Assembly: GCF_009914755.1 (NCBI RefSeq) | Contig: NC_060930.1 | Source: the human T2T-CHM13v2.0 reference genome, Homo sapiens | Reading direction: 5' to 3' (one strand) | DNA: 64,000 nt | Part shown: positions 25,131 through 40,843 of the stretch, one piece after another | Layout: every line of letters begins with the position of its first letter | Numbering within the stretch: position 1 is the first letter of the stretch | Made by a program: the position numbers and the translations under genes | The notes under the pieces: model-generated | What the model was told of the DNA's origin: nothing | What the model saw: only the letters and a program-made list of their open reading frames with translations | The model's database searches: none

Positions 25131-26859
25131 CCTTGTTAGAGAAGACTGCCTTTTCTCAGAGGAAAGACTTAGGGTGAAGTAAACAGAAAGATTTCTTTTT
25201 GCCCAGAGGGAAAAATAAGATAGAATATACAATCTGAGAAAATTAGAGTACAGAATGCAATTAAACAGAAAAGAGGGAGTTAACAAGATATCCCAGCCCC
25301 TTGGTCAGTGAGGCGAAGCATCAGGTGCAACTTAATCTCCCTCTTCCAAGAGGCTACCTCTTCCACTTGATTCTTTCGAATAAACAAATATTAACCAACA
25401 ATCCAATCCACTTTCAATTGCTTAATTACTGTTCCTTTTAAGTGCCAACCATCTGACTTTTCCTGTTTCCATCTGTCCTGTGGAGCTATTTGGTATTGCG
25501 TATCAGTGTTAATGTCTGAACTTCAAGGGATTTTTTGAAGAAAAAAAATTACAAATAAATTATTACATTCCTGAGGTTTTCTAGTATGGCCTTTATGTTG
25601 GGAGTCAAAAAAAAAAAAAAGAAAGAAAGAAAAGGTAAAGTTTCAGAACATTTATAAGTGACACCAGTGTTAACAGGACACTTGGATTTCTACTGAGAAA
25701 GCTAATCTTCTAGTTAGCTTTGTGTACATGTTGATAATCACTTTCTCAATTATTAACCCTTGAGTGAAATAAAGAAACCATTTAACTTTTGTGTTAAAGC
25801 TTAAAAAATAAAAAAATCCAGCTCACCAGTGTGGTGGCTAACAGGAAGCTGAGGCAGGAGGATTGCTTGAACCCAGGAGTTCAAGGTGTGCTATGATCAT
25901 GCCATTGCACTCCAGCCGAGGCGACAGAGTGAAACCCAGTCTCTTGAAAAAAAAAATTATATTCAACATTGAAAAAGTATCTCTGAAAAACAACAAAGTA
26001 CTTATGTACTGGGTAGGGGTGGCTGCCAGCTAGGGCCAGCTGGTGCCGCTGGAAAAATTATTCATGCATAATTATGAAAATAATATTATCCAAAGTACCA
26101 CATAGGACCACAAATACAGAGTCAGAGATAGTGTGCAGTGAGTTGTCTAATGCTAGTTATGCACAATCTTGGTAACCTCATATTTTAGAGCAATAAAAAA
26201 GGCAAGGTTTGCAAGTGTAACACATGGAGTAAGTAATCATCTTTATTTCGTATATTCATGGGAAGCGCACACACACAGGAAGGAGAGGAGCCCTGGTGCT
26301 CTTAGCTTTGCCTGTCTCTGCTGGATGTGGACTCACAGAAAGACGGACACATCTGAAACCAAAAGTGTGAATAACTTTCTGATGGTAGAGGGGTTTTTAT
26401 TTTTGTTTTTATTATTTTGTTTTGTTTTTAGAAACAGGGTCTTGCCCTATTACCCAGTCCAGAGAGTAGTGTCGTGATCATAGCTCACTGCAGTCTCAAA
26501 CTCCTGGGCTCAAGTGATCCTCCCGACTCAGCCTCCCAAAGCACTGGCATTACAGGCATGAGACACTGCACCCAGCCTGATGGTAGAGTACTTAAAAAGC
26601 AGGAATATGTTAACAAATATGCACTCAAATAAAATATAGTTTCTCTTGCATCCTACATGAGTTTCTCAAGATTCCTTATACTTGAACAAATGATAATCTA
26701 TGAGAAATTGACAGCTTCAAATGTATGGGTTTCATTTAGCATGGCTTCTCATGTTCCCAGGTCACAAATCCATGTCTTATTCAGTGGCTCTATCACTCTG
26801 TCAATCTCTGGCTCACAGTTGCAGTTTTTCAACTCACAGATGATGTCAAAATATAGAAA

Positions 26860-27320
26860 AATAGAACCCTGTTTAGTGCTGATGGACACTAACTCCTAAC
26901 ATCAATTTAATTCCAGGTGATTAGTTTAAACTAATCATGATAATCTAATTCCCCTGCCAGTGATTGCTTTAGGAAATGGCACATGTCCCAGTTTTGAAAT
27001 GAAGCAAAACCTAAAGGAGGCTTCCAGCAGAGGTTGTCTCATTTCTGAAGAGAGACACAAAAAAGAACTTGTCTATTCTTACCTTCTCACAGTGTTTATA
27101 GCAGGATATGATTTTGGAAATAGCTACAAGTATTTTGCTACCAACCTGAAGAGGAAGCCAACACAAGGTGGAAAGGGAGGCAAACCAAGAAACTGAATTT
27201 GAGCCCTTGGCATAATATGCCTGGAATGCCTGCTATTGGCAATAATACAGTGCTTTATTAGCATCCAACTGGACCAGTGTTTCCTGTTATTTGCTGTTCA
27301 AATCATGCTACATGATTCTG
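26860..27320 (+). mobile_element. Old ERVL-type solo LTR (paralog of 10525-10960)
   Basis: Same motifs as copy A; contains a 20-bp palindrome at 26918-26937. Confidence 0.5.
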
Positions 27321-27500
27321 GTCCCTTTTACATACTACTCTCATTTTGATTGATTGCGCTCAGCAGTGTTCCACTCTCCAAGGAGGGACAATGAACTGTA
27401 GGTAGCAATGTTTTATCACATAAAACCTGAAGAGTGAAAAGCACAAAGTTTATCTTGATTATTTTCATTCATAAGCACTTTCCAAGTTACAGAATATTAA

Positions 27501-27716
<216 letters not shown>

Positions 27717-29094
27717 TGACCTCAAGCGATCTGCCCGCCTCGGCCTCCCAAAGTTCTGGGATTATAGGCTGAGCCACTGTGCCCAGCCTAGCACCAAATA
27801 ATTTATAATCAAAATGTATATGCAATAGTTCTGGCCTTATTGAATACCAAAAAATCCTTACCACTTTATCATGTAGCGAAAAATAAATAAATAATGAGAG
27901 AAAAAGTCATATTTATACATTAAAAATCAAAGTCCTTCAGTTGGAATTCTCTTACTGTGTATCTCACTGGACAGAAATCCTATTAATACAACTAGTATGA
28001 GAAAGTCTGCAGTGATATTTCTATCAAACCTGAGAAAATACACTGGGAATAGGTCCAATATATGTAATAAAAGTCAAAAAATTATTCTCAAGGACACTAG
28101 ACTTAATGTTGAATCAGGGAACCTATAGCGAACAAAAATACTATAGAAAGCCAATCACTGGCCCTCTAACCTAAACATGTACCAGAAAAATATTGACATC
28201 TAATGCATAAAAAGTTTCAGTCCCATCTTAATTTTTAAGTATCACTGTCTGTATACTGGAAAATATAAACATAAAAAGAAATGTTTCAATGTCTTCTATT
28301 TTGGACATAAGGAAACTCACATTTCAATGAATTGCAACTGTACTAAAACCATAGATTCAGCCATTTTGAACTCAAGGAAGTACACAGTTTGATGACAAAA
28401 ATAATTTAAATTAAATCATATCCTTTTTAAAAAATTCTTTTTTTTCCTTTTCTTTTCTTTTCTTTTTTTTTTTTTAATGAGACAGGGTGTCGTTTTGTCC
28501 TCCATGCTGGAGTACAGTAGCAAGATCACAGCTAACTGCACCCTCAGCCTCCCGGGCTCATTCGATCCTCCCATTTCAGCCTCCTGAGTAGCCCAGGCTG
28601 ATCTTGAACTCCTGGGGTCAAGCAATTGGCCCATATCAGCCTCCCAGAGTAGAGGGGTTATAGGCGTGAGCCACAGGGCCCAGGCCTTGGCCTAAATCAT
28701 ATCTTTTTTTTTTTTTTTTTTCTGAAACACGGTCTCACCCTGTCACCCAAGCTGGAGTGCAGTGGTGCAATCAGGGCTCACTGCAACCTCTACCTCCCAG
28801 GCTCAAACAATTCCCATGCCTCAGCTTCCTGAGCAGCAGGGACTACAGGCCTGAGCCACCATACCCAGCTAATTTTCATATTTTTTGTAGAGATGGGGGT
28901 CTCCCTATGTTGCCCAGGCTGGTCTCTAACTTGTGGGCTCAAGCAATCTGCCCTCGTCGACCTCCCAAACTGGAGGGATTACAGGTGTGAGCCACTGTGC
29001 CTGGCCCTAAATCACATCCTAATAATAATTTCATTGAAAATTTTTTTATAGATATCACAATGTATTTAGAATAAATTAGCTCTTCTAGTAATTT

Positions 29095-29700
<606 letters not shown>

Positions 29701-29936
29701 GAAAAAGGCTTAGTCCTATCTATGTACTAAATAGTACAATACTTCAATAAATAAAAGGCTGCAGTTTTACTAATGCATGAAAAGACCAATCAGTGAAATA
29801 GAACAGAAAACCAAAAATACACCCACATATATGCATAGAAATTTAATATTTAATAAAGGGGACAATTCAGATTACTGTGGAAAAGGCGGATTACTCAATC
29901 AAGGATTGAATTATCATTGGAATAAACAGGTTAACC

Positions 29937-30295
<359 letters not shown>

Positions 30296-30840
30296 TCACA
30301 CCTGTAATCCCAGCACTTTGGGAGGCCAAGGAGGGAGGATCACTTGAGCCAAGGAGCTTGAGATCAGCCTGGGCAAGATGGTGAGACCTTGTCTCCACAA
30401 AAATAAAAACAATTAAAAAATTGGCCAGGCATAGTGGTCCATGCCTGTAGTCCCAGCTGCTCAGGAGACTGAGGTGGGAAGATAACTGGAGCCCAGGAAT
30501 TTGAGGCTGCTGTGAGCTATGATCATACACCGCACTCCAGCTTGGGTGGCAGAGTGAGGCTCTGTCTCCAACAACAACAGCAACAACAATAACAACAACA
30601 AAAAACAGTAAAATTAGACTTAAATATATGTAAAATAATAAAAATAATAAAAATTCACTTGAACTATACCTAACAACCTAAATCGAATCACACCTTAGGA
30701 ACATCAAACATTTAAATGTAAAAAAGAAAACTCAAACCATACCACAGGAAACCATTAGCAAATATTTTATAGGCATGGACTAAGGAGGGCATTCGTAAGA
30801 ATGAAACAAAATCCACAGATAATAAATATAAAAAGATTCA

Positions 30841-31291
<451 letters not shown>

Positions 31292-31339
31292 CTATACAGA
31301 AAAAAGAAGAAAAGAAATTGTGTATGTGTATTTATCTGA

Positions 31340-31456
<117 letters not shown>

Positions 31457-31530
31457 TGAGACCAGCCTGGCTAACACAGTGAAACCCCGTCTCTACTAAA
31501 AATACAAAAAATTAGCTGGGTACGGTGTCA

Positions 31531-31659
<129 letters not shown>

Positions 31660-31834
31660 TCAAAAAGAAAAAAAAAAAAGAAACAGGTTTCCTACAAGAA
31701 ATGATACTGTATAGCTGACAGACAGGACTTGGAGAGTATCTTTTTCATTAAAGGCACTTTTTGAATTTTGAGCTCAATAAAGATATATATTCAAAAAACA
31801 AAATTTTAAATTCAAATGAAAATGACTTAGCTGA

Positions 31835-32268
<434 letters not shown>

Positions 32269-32359
32269 TGACAGGTCAGACCAGACATGGTGGCTCATGC
32301 CTGTAATCCCAGCACTTTGGGAGGCCGAGGTGGGCAGATCACCTGAGGTCGGGAGTTCA

Positions 32360-32601
<242 letters not shown>

Positions 32602-33068
32602 TTACACTGAAGTTTATACAGACTTGCAGAGCCATGATTGTCGAGCCTGAAGTCTGAATGGAGTTAGAAATACTGTGGTACCTTAGACAATCATGAGATT
32701 CTTCCCTAGGAATGTTTTAGTAAAATCAAAGTGGATTACTTTCCAAAGGTCAGGCATATACATTTATCTCCTTAGGCCTAGTAATTTCGAATGTGCTTCA
32801 CTCCTTTACAGGTCCTTTTTTATTCAATATTAGAATAAATTGCTAGCCATTAAAAAGACTTTCATTCATTTATTCAACAAATAATTACTTAGTGCCTACT
32901 ATTCGGCAGGTGCTGTGCTAGGCCTCAGGGGCATTATAACATTGAACAATTCATTTCTAGAAAATAGCTTCATTGAACAACTGTTGAGTATATTATTTAT
33001 AAACTTATAGAAAATATTATTCTCCCATTAAAAAATGGCCATTATGTGTAGACAATTTTTATTGGCAG

Positions 33069-33255
33069 TCTGTGAACAATCTGAACTCTTTCAACATTTG
33101 CTTTATAGACTCGCTCCAGGTTTAGACATAAGCCAGTCAGGGAGTCTGGCGTTACAAATGATATTTGGTCAAGAAAAAGCAGCAGGATAGAAACTTCTAA
33201 CAACTATTAACAGCCAGTTTACCAATACGTAAGCATAATCTGCCAAACATAGCTG
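33069..33255 (+). pseudogene. Fossil KH-domain exon 2 of an OOEP-like gene
   Basis: Phase-1 acceptor at 33067-33068; DISQSGSLALQMIFGQE / (1-nt frameshift) KQQDRNF*QLLTASLPIRKH aligns ungapped with recalled OOEP [37 protein letters not shown]; ~187 nt to a GT. Confidence 0.5.
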
Positions 33256-34031
33256 GTGTAACTGGTGACTTCACACTTTAGCACTGCACATTTTCTTCTC
33301 AGCCAAATATGTGACAATAATAACAACATGGTAGGAGAAAGGTGCCTGTTGTTATAAGACATTTCCACGTGTCTCATCTCATATAATCCACACTCCCGTT
33401 ATCCCCATTTTGCTATCAGGAAACTGCTTTTAAGATAAGTTTCAATAGGTGTCTAACTAGTAAATGGAGTTTGAACTGGAACCCAACTCTCCTCATGCTA
33501 AGGTTTATATTCATTCTACTAACGCATGGGCTTAGTGTTTATAAAATAAAATGCTTTAAGTAAGTTATCTAGAGGTGCACCTGAGTTAACATAATTAAAA
33601 TTACCAGCTGATCCTTACAAAAAATTTCCCAAAGAAGGTTCTGACTAATATATATTAAAAGGCATGGCCAGTGGGGCACGGTGGCTCAAACCTGTAATCC
33701 TAACACTTTGGGAGGCTGAGGCAGGCAGACAGCTTGAGCTCAAGAGTTTGAGACCAGCCTAGGCAACATGGCAAAACCCCATCTCTACAAAAAATACAAA
33801 AATTAGCTGGGCATGGTGGCATGCACTTATAGTCCCAGCTACTTGAGAGGCTGAGGTGGGAAGATTGCTTGAGCCCAGGAGGTCAAGGCTTCAGTGAGCT
33901 TTCATCATACCACTGCAATCCAGCCTGGGTGACAGGGTAGAGTTCGTCTCAAAAGAACAAAAACAAAAAGCAAGGCATGGCCTTCCTTAGGAATTTGGTT
34001 TGGGGATTCTCTAACAATAGCAACCAATTGA

Positions 34032-34292
<261 letters not shown>

Positions 34293-34753
34293 TGATCCAC
34301 CTGCCTCGGCCTCCCAAAGTCCTGGGATTACAGGCGTGAGCCACCATGCCTGGCCCTTTTTGGTTCTTGATTATAATTCATCTTTAAATAGTTAAGAGCA
34401 ACTTGTGCTGTTTGATATTCATGGCCAAGTAAAACTCTTTGACCCTCAGACAAACAGTATGATTTCATATATATGAAATATCTAGGCCAGGCATGGTAGC
34501 TCACACCTGTAATCCCAGCATGCTGGGAGGCCAAGACAAGAGAATTGCTTGAGGCCAGGAGTTCAAGATCAGGCTGGGCAACATAGTGATACTTCATCTC
34601 TACTAAAAATTTTTAAAATAAAAATAAATTGTGCCAGGCACAGTGGCTCACGCCTATAATCCCAGCACTTTGGGAGGCCCAAGGTGGGCGGATCACTTGA
34701 GCTCAGGAGTTCGAGACCAGCCTGGCCAACATGGTGAAACTCTGTCTCTACTA

Positions 34754-34947
<194 letters not shown>

Positions 34948-35649
34948 TTAAGCAAGCCAGGTGTGGTGGCACGCACCTATAGTATCAACTACTTGGGAGA
35001 CTAAGGTGGAAGGATCACTTGAGCCTGGGAAGTTGAGGCTGCAGTGAGCCATGATTATGCCACTGCACTCCGGCCTAGGTGACAGAGAGAGACCCTGTCT
35101 CAAAAAAGAAAAAAAAAAGAAATATCTAGAATAAGCAAATATATCAGCAAAAGGTCTCCTACTACTGCTTGACCTACAAGAAAGAGTCAAATAAGTGTTA
35201 GCCCAGTTAAAGTGAACGTTGAGTCTCTGCATCACAGCTCATGCTGTTAGTAGGAAGGATGCATTTGACCATTCCACAAGATTAAAAGATTTCTTACTGA
35301 GAATCCAAGGGCCAAAGGCGGAAGGTGGAGGGAGTGATCAACTCTGAAACCTAGATTCAAAAAGCACTTCTGTGTGACCTCAGAAAAGGTATCTATCTCT
35401 CAGCATCAGTTTCCCTACCTGTAAAATGGTATTAATCATTCCTAATTCCCAGCAGTTGCTGGATCACATAAGTTAATGTGCCTGAGTGCAAGGCTGTGAG
35501 CCTTCTGCCTTTCCCTAAGACACAGGTGAGCTGCTCATCCAGCAGATGGAGACTGTCTGGAAGGGCCTATTGGGCTGCCTACTATGGTCTCAAGCTTTGA
35601 GTGGCTAGGGCTAGAGGCCTGACCCAACGGGAGCCCACTGGTGAGAGGA

Positions 35650-36653
35650 ATGGCAGTAATTGCAAGGGCAGGGCTTGCAGGAAGAATTTTTAATAGAATC
35701 TGCTGCTCAGGAGCCTTACACAAATTCCCTGGGGCCTGCTTCTTCCTACTCACCACCAGGGCAATACTGGGACCAACATGCTCTTAAGGGAACCTGGTGG
35801 CTTAAGACAGAATATTTTGAGATTCAGATAGTGTTTTACTTTCCCGTGTGGCTATGAAAGTGATTCTAGAGTTGGCACTCAAGTCCAGGTCCCATCTTTC
35901 CTCATTTTGGAAGGCTTTCTGCTGACAAATCCAATATGCTTTTTTTTTTTTTTTTTTTTTTTTTGAGACGGAGTCTCGCTCTGTCGCCCAGGCTGGAGTG
36001 CAGTGGCTATTCATAGGTGCAGTTATAGTGCACTAGCCTGGAGTTCCTGGGCTCAAGCCATCCTCCTGCCCTAGCTTCCTGAATAACTAGGACTACAGCC
36101 ATGCACTACCACACCTGGCTAAATCCAATTATTTTAAATTAGCTGGAAGAAGAAAGACATTGGGGTTCTTCTTACTTCTCCTTGAGAGGACCAGATTTGG
36201 TCCCCAATTTTTAGAACAAAAATATTCACATTGAGAAAGCCAAGGATAGATCGAAGGGAATGCAGAAGCAGTCACATACTAGTTACATGCAGCAAGAAAG
36301 TCATCCTTTAGATTTATAAACTCCTTGTCATGTTGTTTCCTCTCCTGGCCCCTTCTCCACACTTTTAAACAAGCATGTTGTGGTCTCAGTTGAGAGCTTG
36401 ACAAGGTTTTTGCTATGGTTGAGACATCAATCTCTTTTGTAATTGAATCTATTCACCAGGGAGAGTGTGAGCAAACCATGTTCAAGCTCTTTGTCTTTGT
36501 CCTAACTAGGCATTTACCATATAAACATAATAAGAAACAAGCCCCTGCAAGTCTTTCTTTTTAACCAATTATCTGGCTGTTTCTCTTGCTGTAGTCCTGC
36601 CTTCATTAAAAGCTGTCCAGGGGGTAGGGCACAATCTTTGGAAGCATATCTAA
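35650..36653 (+). pseudogene. Decayed multi-exon OOEP/DPPA5/KHDC1-family pseudogene
   Basis: Exon-1-like WWLKTEYFEIQIVFYFPVWL (35795-35854); exon-2-like phase-1 G|GA CCA GAT = GPD at 36189, then EGNAEAVTY*LHAAR...INSLS; exon-3-like acceptor at 36593-36594 (LPSLKAVQ). Confidence 0.55.
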
Positions 36654-38145
36654 GATGCCAATTTCTTTGCATTTCAGTGAAAAGTAAGTCATCAGGGTAT
36701 TTGGGACATCTCTTCAAGCTTTTCTTGATGGTCTATATCAGCATAGCCCCCTCCTTTCCAGCTTTCCTCATTCCTACTTTAGAGTCCGCTATTGTGCCTT
36801 TATGCCTTCAAATTGGGGTATACCCATATATCCATATAAAAAACATTTTTCTTTCTGTAATCATTACAGGGGAGTCCAGTGTGATTTACAGAACAAATTG
36901 AAATCATTCTATCAAGATGTAAAAAAAATTAAGGGGAAGGCTCTGGGCTGGGGAATGTTAATTAGCCCCTAACCCACCCTATCATCTTTCTCTAGTTCAC
37001 AAAGATAACTGTCAATTTATCCTCAATGTCCAGAATAATGCCTTATACCTAGTAAGCAATCAACAAATATTTGTTTAGAGAATGAGTAAACTATTACCAT
37101 AGTTTATTTACCTGCTGAAATTATATTTTTCTAATTTTAAACTATTATGCAAAAAAAGTTTCCAGTTAAATATTTTGCATACCTCTTTTTGAACACCTGT
37201 TTATCTGTAGAATAAAAAAGTTAAATTAGAATGTCTGAAGCAATGTTCTTCAGTATAATCAATATTACTTCAAAGATTAATTTTAATATTTTAACTTCAA
37301 TTAATACTGCCAAATCTACCCCCACCCCTAGCAGTGGCTATCCTGATTTATACTTCTACTAAGAATATTCACTTTTCCACAAAATTGATATTTTCAAATT
37401 TCAGTTTTAGCCAGTGTGGGAGAAAATGGATCTCTCTATTTTTTTGCTTTGCATGCCAGCATCACTAGTGCAGTTAAGCATCTTTTTTATGTGGTCAGTT
37501 TTATTTCATTCTTACTTCTTCATCTATTGTCTATTTATACATTTGCCCATTTCTCTGTAGGGTTGTCTTTTTCTTATATATATTTGTTTTCACTATCTAT
37601 TCCAGATGTTAATTCTTTGTGCACTGTATGTTTCCTCTTTTTAAACTTTATTCATGGCATTTTTGTTCTATGAAACATTTTAGCCCATAATCTCACATCA
37701 TGGAAGAGTAATTACCTTGCAAACCTCTCTTGTCTACTCCTACTCAGTAGCATCAAATCCAGTTGATTCAAGTCTTGCCCTCTCTTTAGAGGAAATATAG
37801 TGTGGTGATTAGAAGCATAGGCCAGGCATGGTGGCTCACACCTGTAATCCCAGCATTTTGGGAGGCCAAGGTGAGCAGATTACCTGAGGTCAGGAGTTTG
37901 AGACCAGCCTGGCCAACATGGTGAAACCCCGTCTTTACTAAAAATACAAAAATTAGCTGGGCATGGTGGCGCATGCCTGTAATCCCAGCTACTTGAGAGG
38001 CTGAGGCACGAGAATGGCTTGAACCCAGAAGGCGGGGATTGCAGTGAGCTAAGATCACGCCACTGCCTGGTGACAGAGCTAGACTCTGTCTCAAAAAATA
38101 AATAAATAAATAAAATTTTTTTTAAAAAAATAAGCATAGACTCTA

Positions 38146-38620
<475 letters not shown>

Positions 38621-38749
38621 TCAGCTACTCAGGAGGCTGAGGTGAGAGAATTCATTGAGCCCGGCAGGTTGGAGCTGCAGTGAGCCATGATGGTGCCACA
38701 GCCCTCCAGCCTAGGCAGCAGGAAAGAGGCCCTTCTCAAAAAAAAAAAA

Positions 38750-38975
38750 GCATAGACTCTAGGGCCAAATTGATGTGCTCAAGCAAAGGTTTTGCCACTT
38801 ACGGTGTAACCTTGGGCCAGTTGCTTAACCTCTCTTGACCTCACTTGCCTTCTTTGTAAACCAGAGGTGATAATAGTATACCCATTTCATAGGGCTGTGG
38901 TGAGAACTAGAGGAGTTAATACATTTAAAGAGCTTAAAAGTGTCTGGTGCATAGCAAGTGCTACGTAAATGTTAA
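38750..38975. mobile_element. MIR
   Basis: ccttgggccagttgcttaacctctct...ctttgtaaa...agggctgtggtgagaact MIR core; other MIR pieces at ~35340-35490 and ~42920-43110. Confidence 0.75.
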
Positions 38976-39698
38976 ACCTTTCCTGCCCTTTTCCTCTGCT
39001 CCTCCTTTCCCTTGTTTCCTGTTACAGCATTCCTTCTTTTTTTCTTACTATTTCCTCACTATGCCTTTGCTTGAATACTAAAAAGAAACTACTGGTCCAA
39101 CAGCAGGCAACACCTCATGCGATTACTTTAAATGACTTCAAAATAATACAAACATATCCAGCACAATAGTTTACATTTTAAAGGTGTTACACCCATTTTG
39201 TTTTGAGATGTGTCAACAAAACCCGTGTTTCTTTTCTTTCTATAAGTTTAAAATGTCCCCAAATCAATTAACAATAGAGGAAAGTCACACGATCTGTTTT
39301 AATTTTTCTCTTTATACTGCTATCTCCTGTTTCCCCTGTTTTTACACTTCTTTGCAGCTCACTTTCCTTATCTGTAAGATATTCTTAGGATGAACTTAGT
39401 AAGAAATGTGCAAGATCTAGATGAAGACCCACCAGATAGGATGCTCTCTTGCAGACACGCAACTCACTGACTCAACCAATGAGGAAATTATCCCACAAAG
39501 CAGATAATCCTAATGGAGGGCAGAATTCAGGACTGAGCATCTCAGTGATGCCGCCGGGAACCCAGGCTTCTCTGTCCCTTCACCGGACTAACCGAGTTCG
39601 AGACCACAGGGGGGTCAGGTAGCCAAGGCTGGGCTTTGACGGTAGGAATGAAGGAGGTGAGGGTGGCGCGCCGCAGGCCTGGGCCACTCCCTGAGTAG

Positions 39699-39728
39699 GG
39701 CGGCGGCGGCGGCGGCGGCGGCAGCGGC
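39699..39728. repeat. (GGC)8-AGC-GGC trinucleotide repeat
   Basis: Eight perfect GGC units at 39699-39722, read directly. Confidence 0.95.
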
Positions 39729-39869
39729 TGCAGGCCTGGCCGATTGTGAGGAGACAGCGGTACCTCCTGGGCCGCGCACCCGACCCTTCCAGGGGTCCCG
39801 GCTCGCGCCGCGGCCGCGCGAGGCGCGCTCGAGCGGAAGTGGCGGCGACCCCGCCGGAAGCGCGCGTCT

Positions 39870-40060
39870 GCGGCGCGGGAAGCAACCCAGAGCCCTCCTC
39901 CCGCCTGCTCTGTGTAGGAGACAGCCTGCGGAGCCCACTGCCGGCGCGCAGAGAGCCCAGCAGCTCTTGAGTCCAGGAAGCAAGGGTGGGAGGAGGGACG
40001 AGCCAGTGGCAATGACCCAGACCCGGACGACCCCCATTGCTGAGCCAGCGGAGCTGCTTG
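39870..40060 (+). ncRNA. Putative first exon of a divergent/antisense lncRNA
   Basis: Donor TTG|GTGAGT at 40061 just downstream of the ETS cluster; no credible ORF; start approximate. I recall an annotated KHDC1 antisense RNA here but cannot verify it. Confidence 0.45.
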
Positions 40061-40687
40061 GTGAGTGGCCTCCAGGCGGCATCTCTTGCTCTCAGCCCGG
40101 AGGGGGTTTTGGGGACCCAGGCTGTGGGGCTGCCTCTTCCCATGCCTTCAGTTCACCCCGATATGGGGTGAAAAACCCTAGAGACCCTCGGGAGTCGGTC
40201 CACCAAGGGAGGTCCAGACTCCCCAGGAATGTTGCCTGGGGAGGGGTGTCGCGGTGGGGGGGGGTGACCCAGGCCCACCCTCTGCAGGGCACTTAAAATG
40301 CTCCACATCCCCAGTGGATGCCTCCTGTCACGCATCACACCGTGGTGTATTTGAGATCCCATCTGCCACTTGGGCTGGAGGGAAATGAATGTTTTTGGGT
40401 TTCTTGTCATTGCTTCCTGCGGATTCCATTTTACTCCTGTTCGTTTATGGCCTCAAACATGAATTTGAAGAATTTTGCCCTCCCTGGCAGTATTGGGAAG
40501 AAGATTCTTTTGTTCAAGTCCGTTTGGACAATTAGATGGGAGTATTAACAAAAGGTCGGGCTGGGCACAGTGGCTCACACCTGTAATCCCAACACTTTGG
40601 GAGGCCAAAGAGCAAGGATCGCTTGAGCCCAGGAGTTCGAAACCAGCTGGGGCAACAGAGGGAGAACTTGTCTCTACAAAAAATTTA

Positions 40688-40843
<156 letters not shown>

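Larger units (their letters stand above)
39540..40100. promoter_or_regulatory. KHDC1: CpG island / probable bidirectional promoter (KHDC1 short-form first exon on minus, divergent transcript on plus)
   Basis: Only non-repeat CpG-dense stretch; ETS/GABP motifs (gcggaagtg 39833-39841, ccggaagc), GCGC-rich NRF1-like sites; donors on both strands (minus at 39763 or 39467, plus at 40061). Confidence 0.8.

Noticed and set aside
29888-29915. DUX4-like quasi-palindrome (TTACTCAATCA..GGATTGAATTA; also ~11627-11653 and ~46761-46785)
   Set aside because: Lies in a decayed L1 fragment multiplied by the duplications, with mismatches; no independent support.
39542-40296. Overlapping 100-190 aa ORFs in the CpG island, likewise 45456-46281 in LTR12
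   Set aside because: Expected from stop-poor GC-rich DNA; no recognisable domain.
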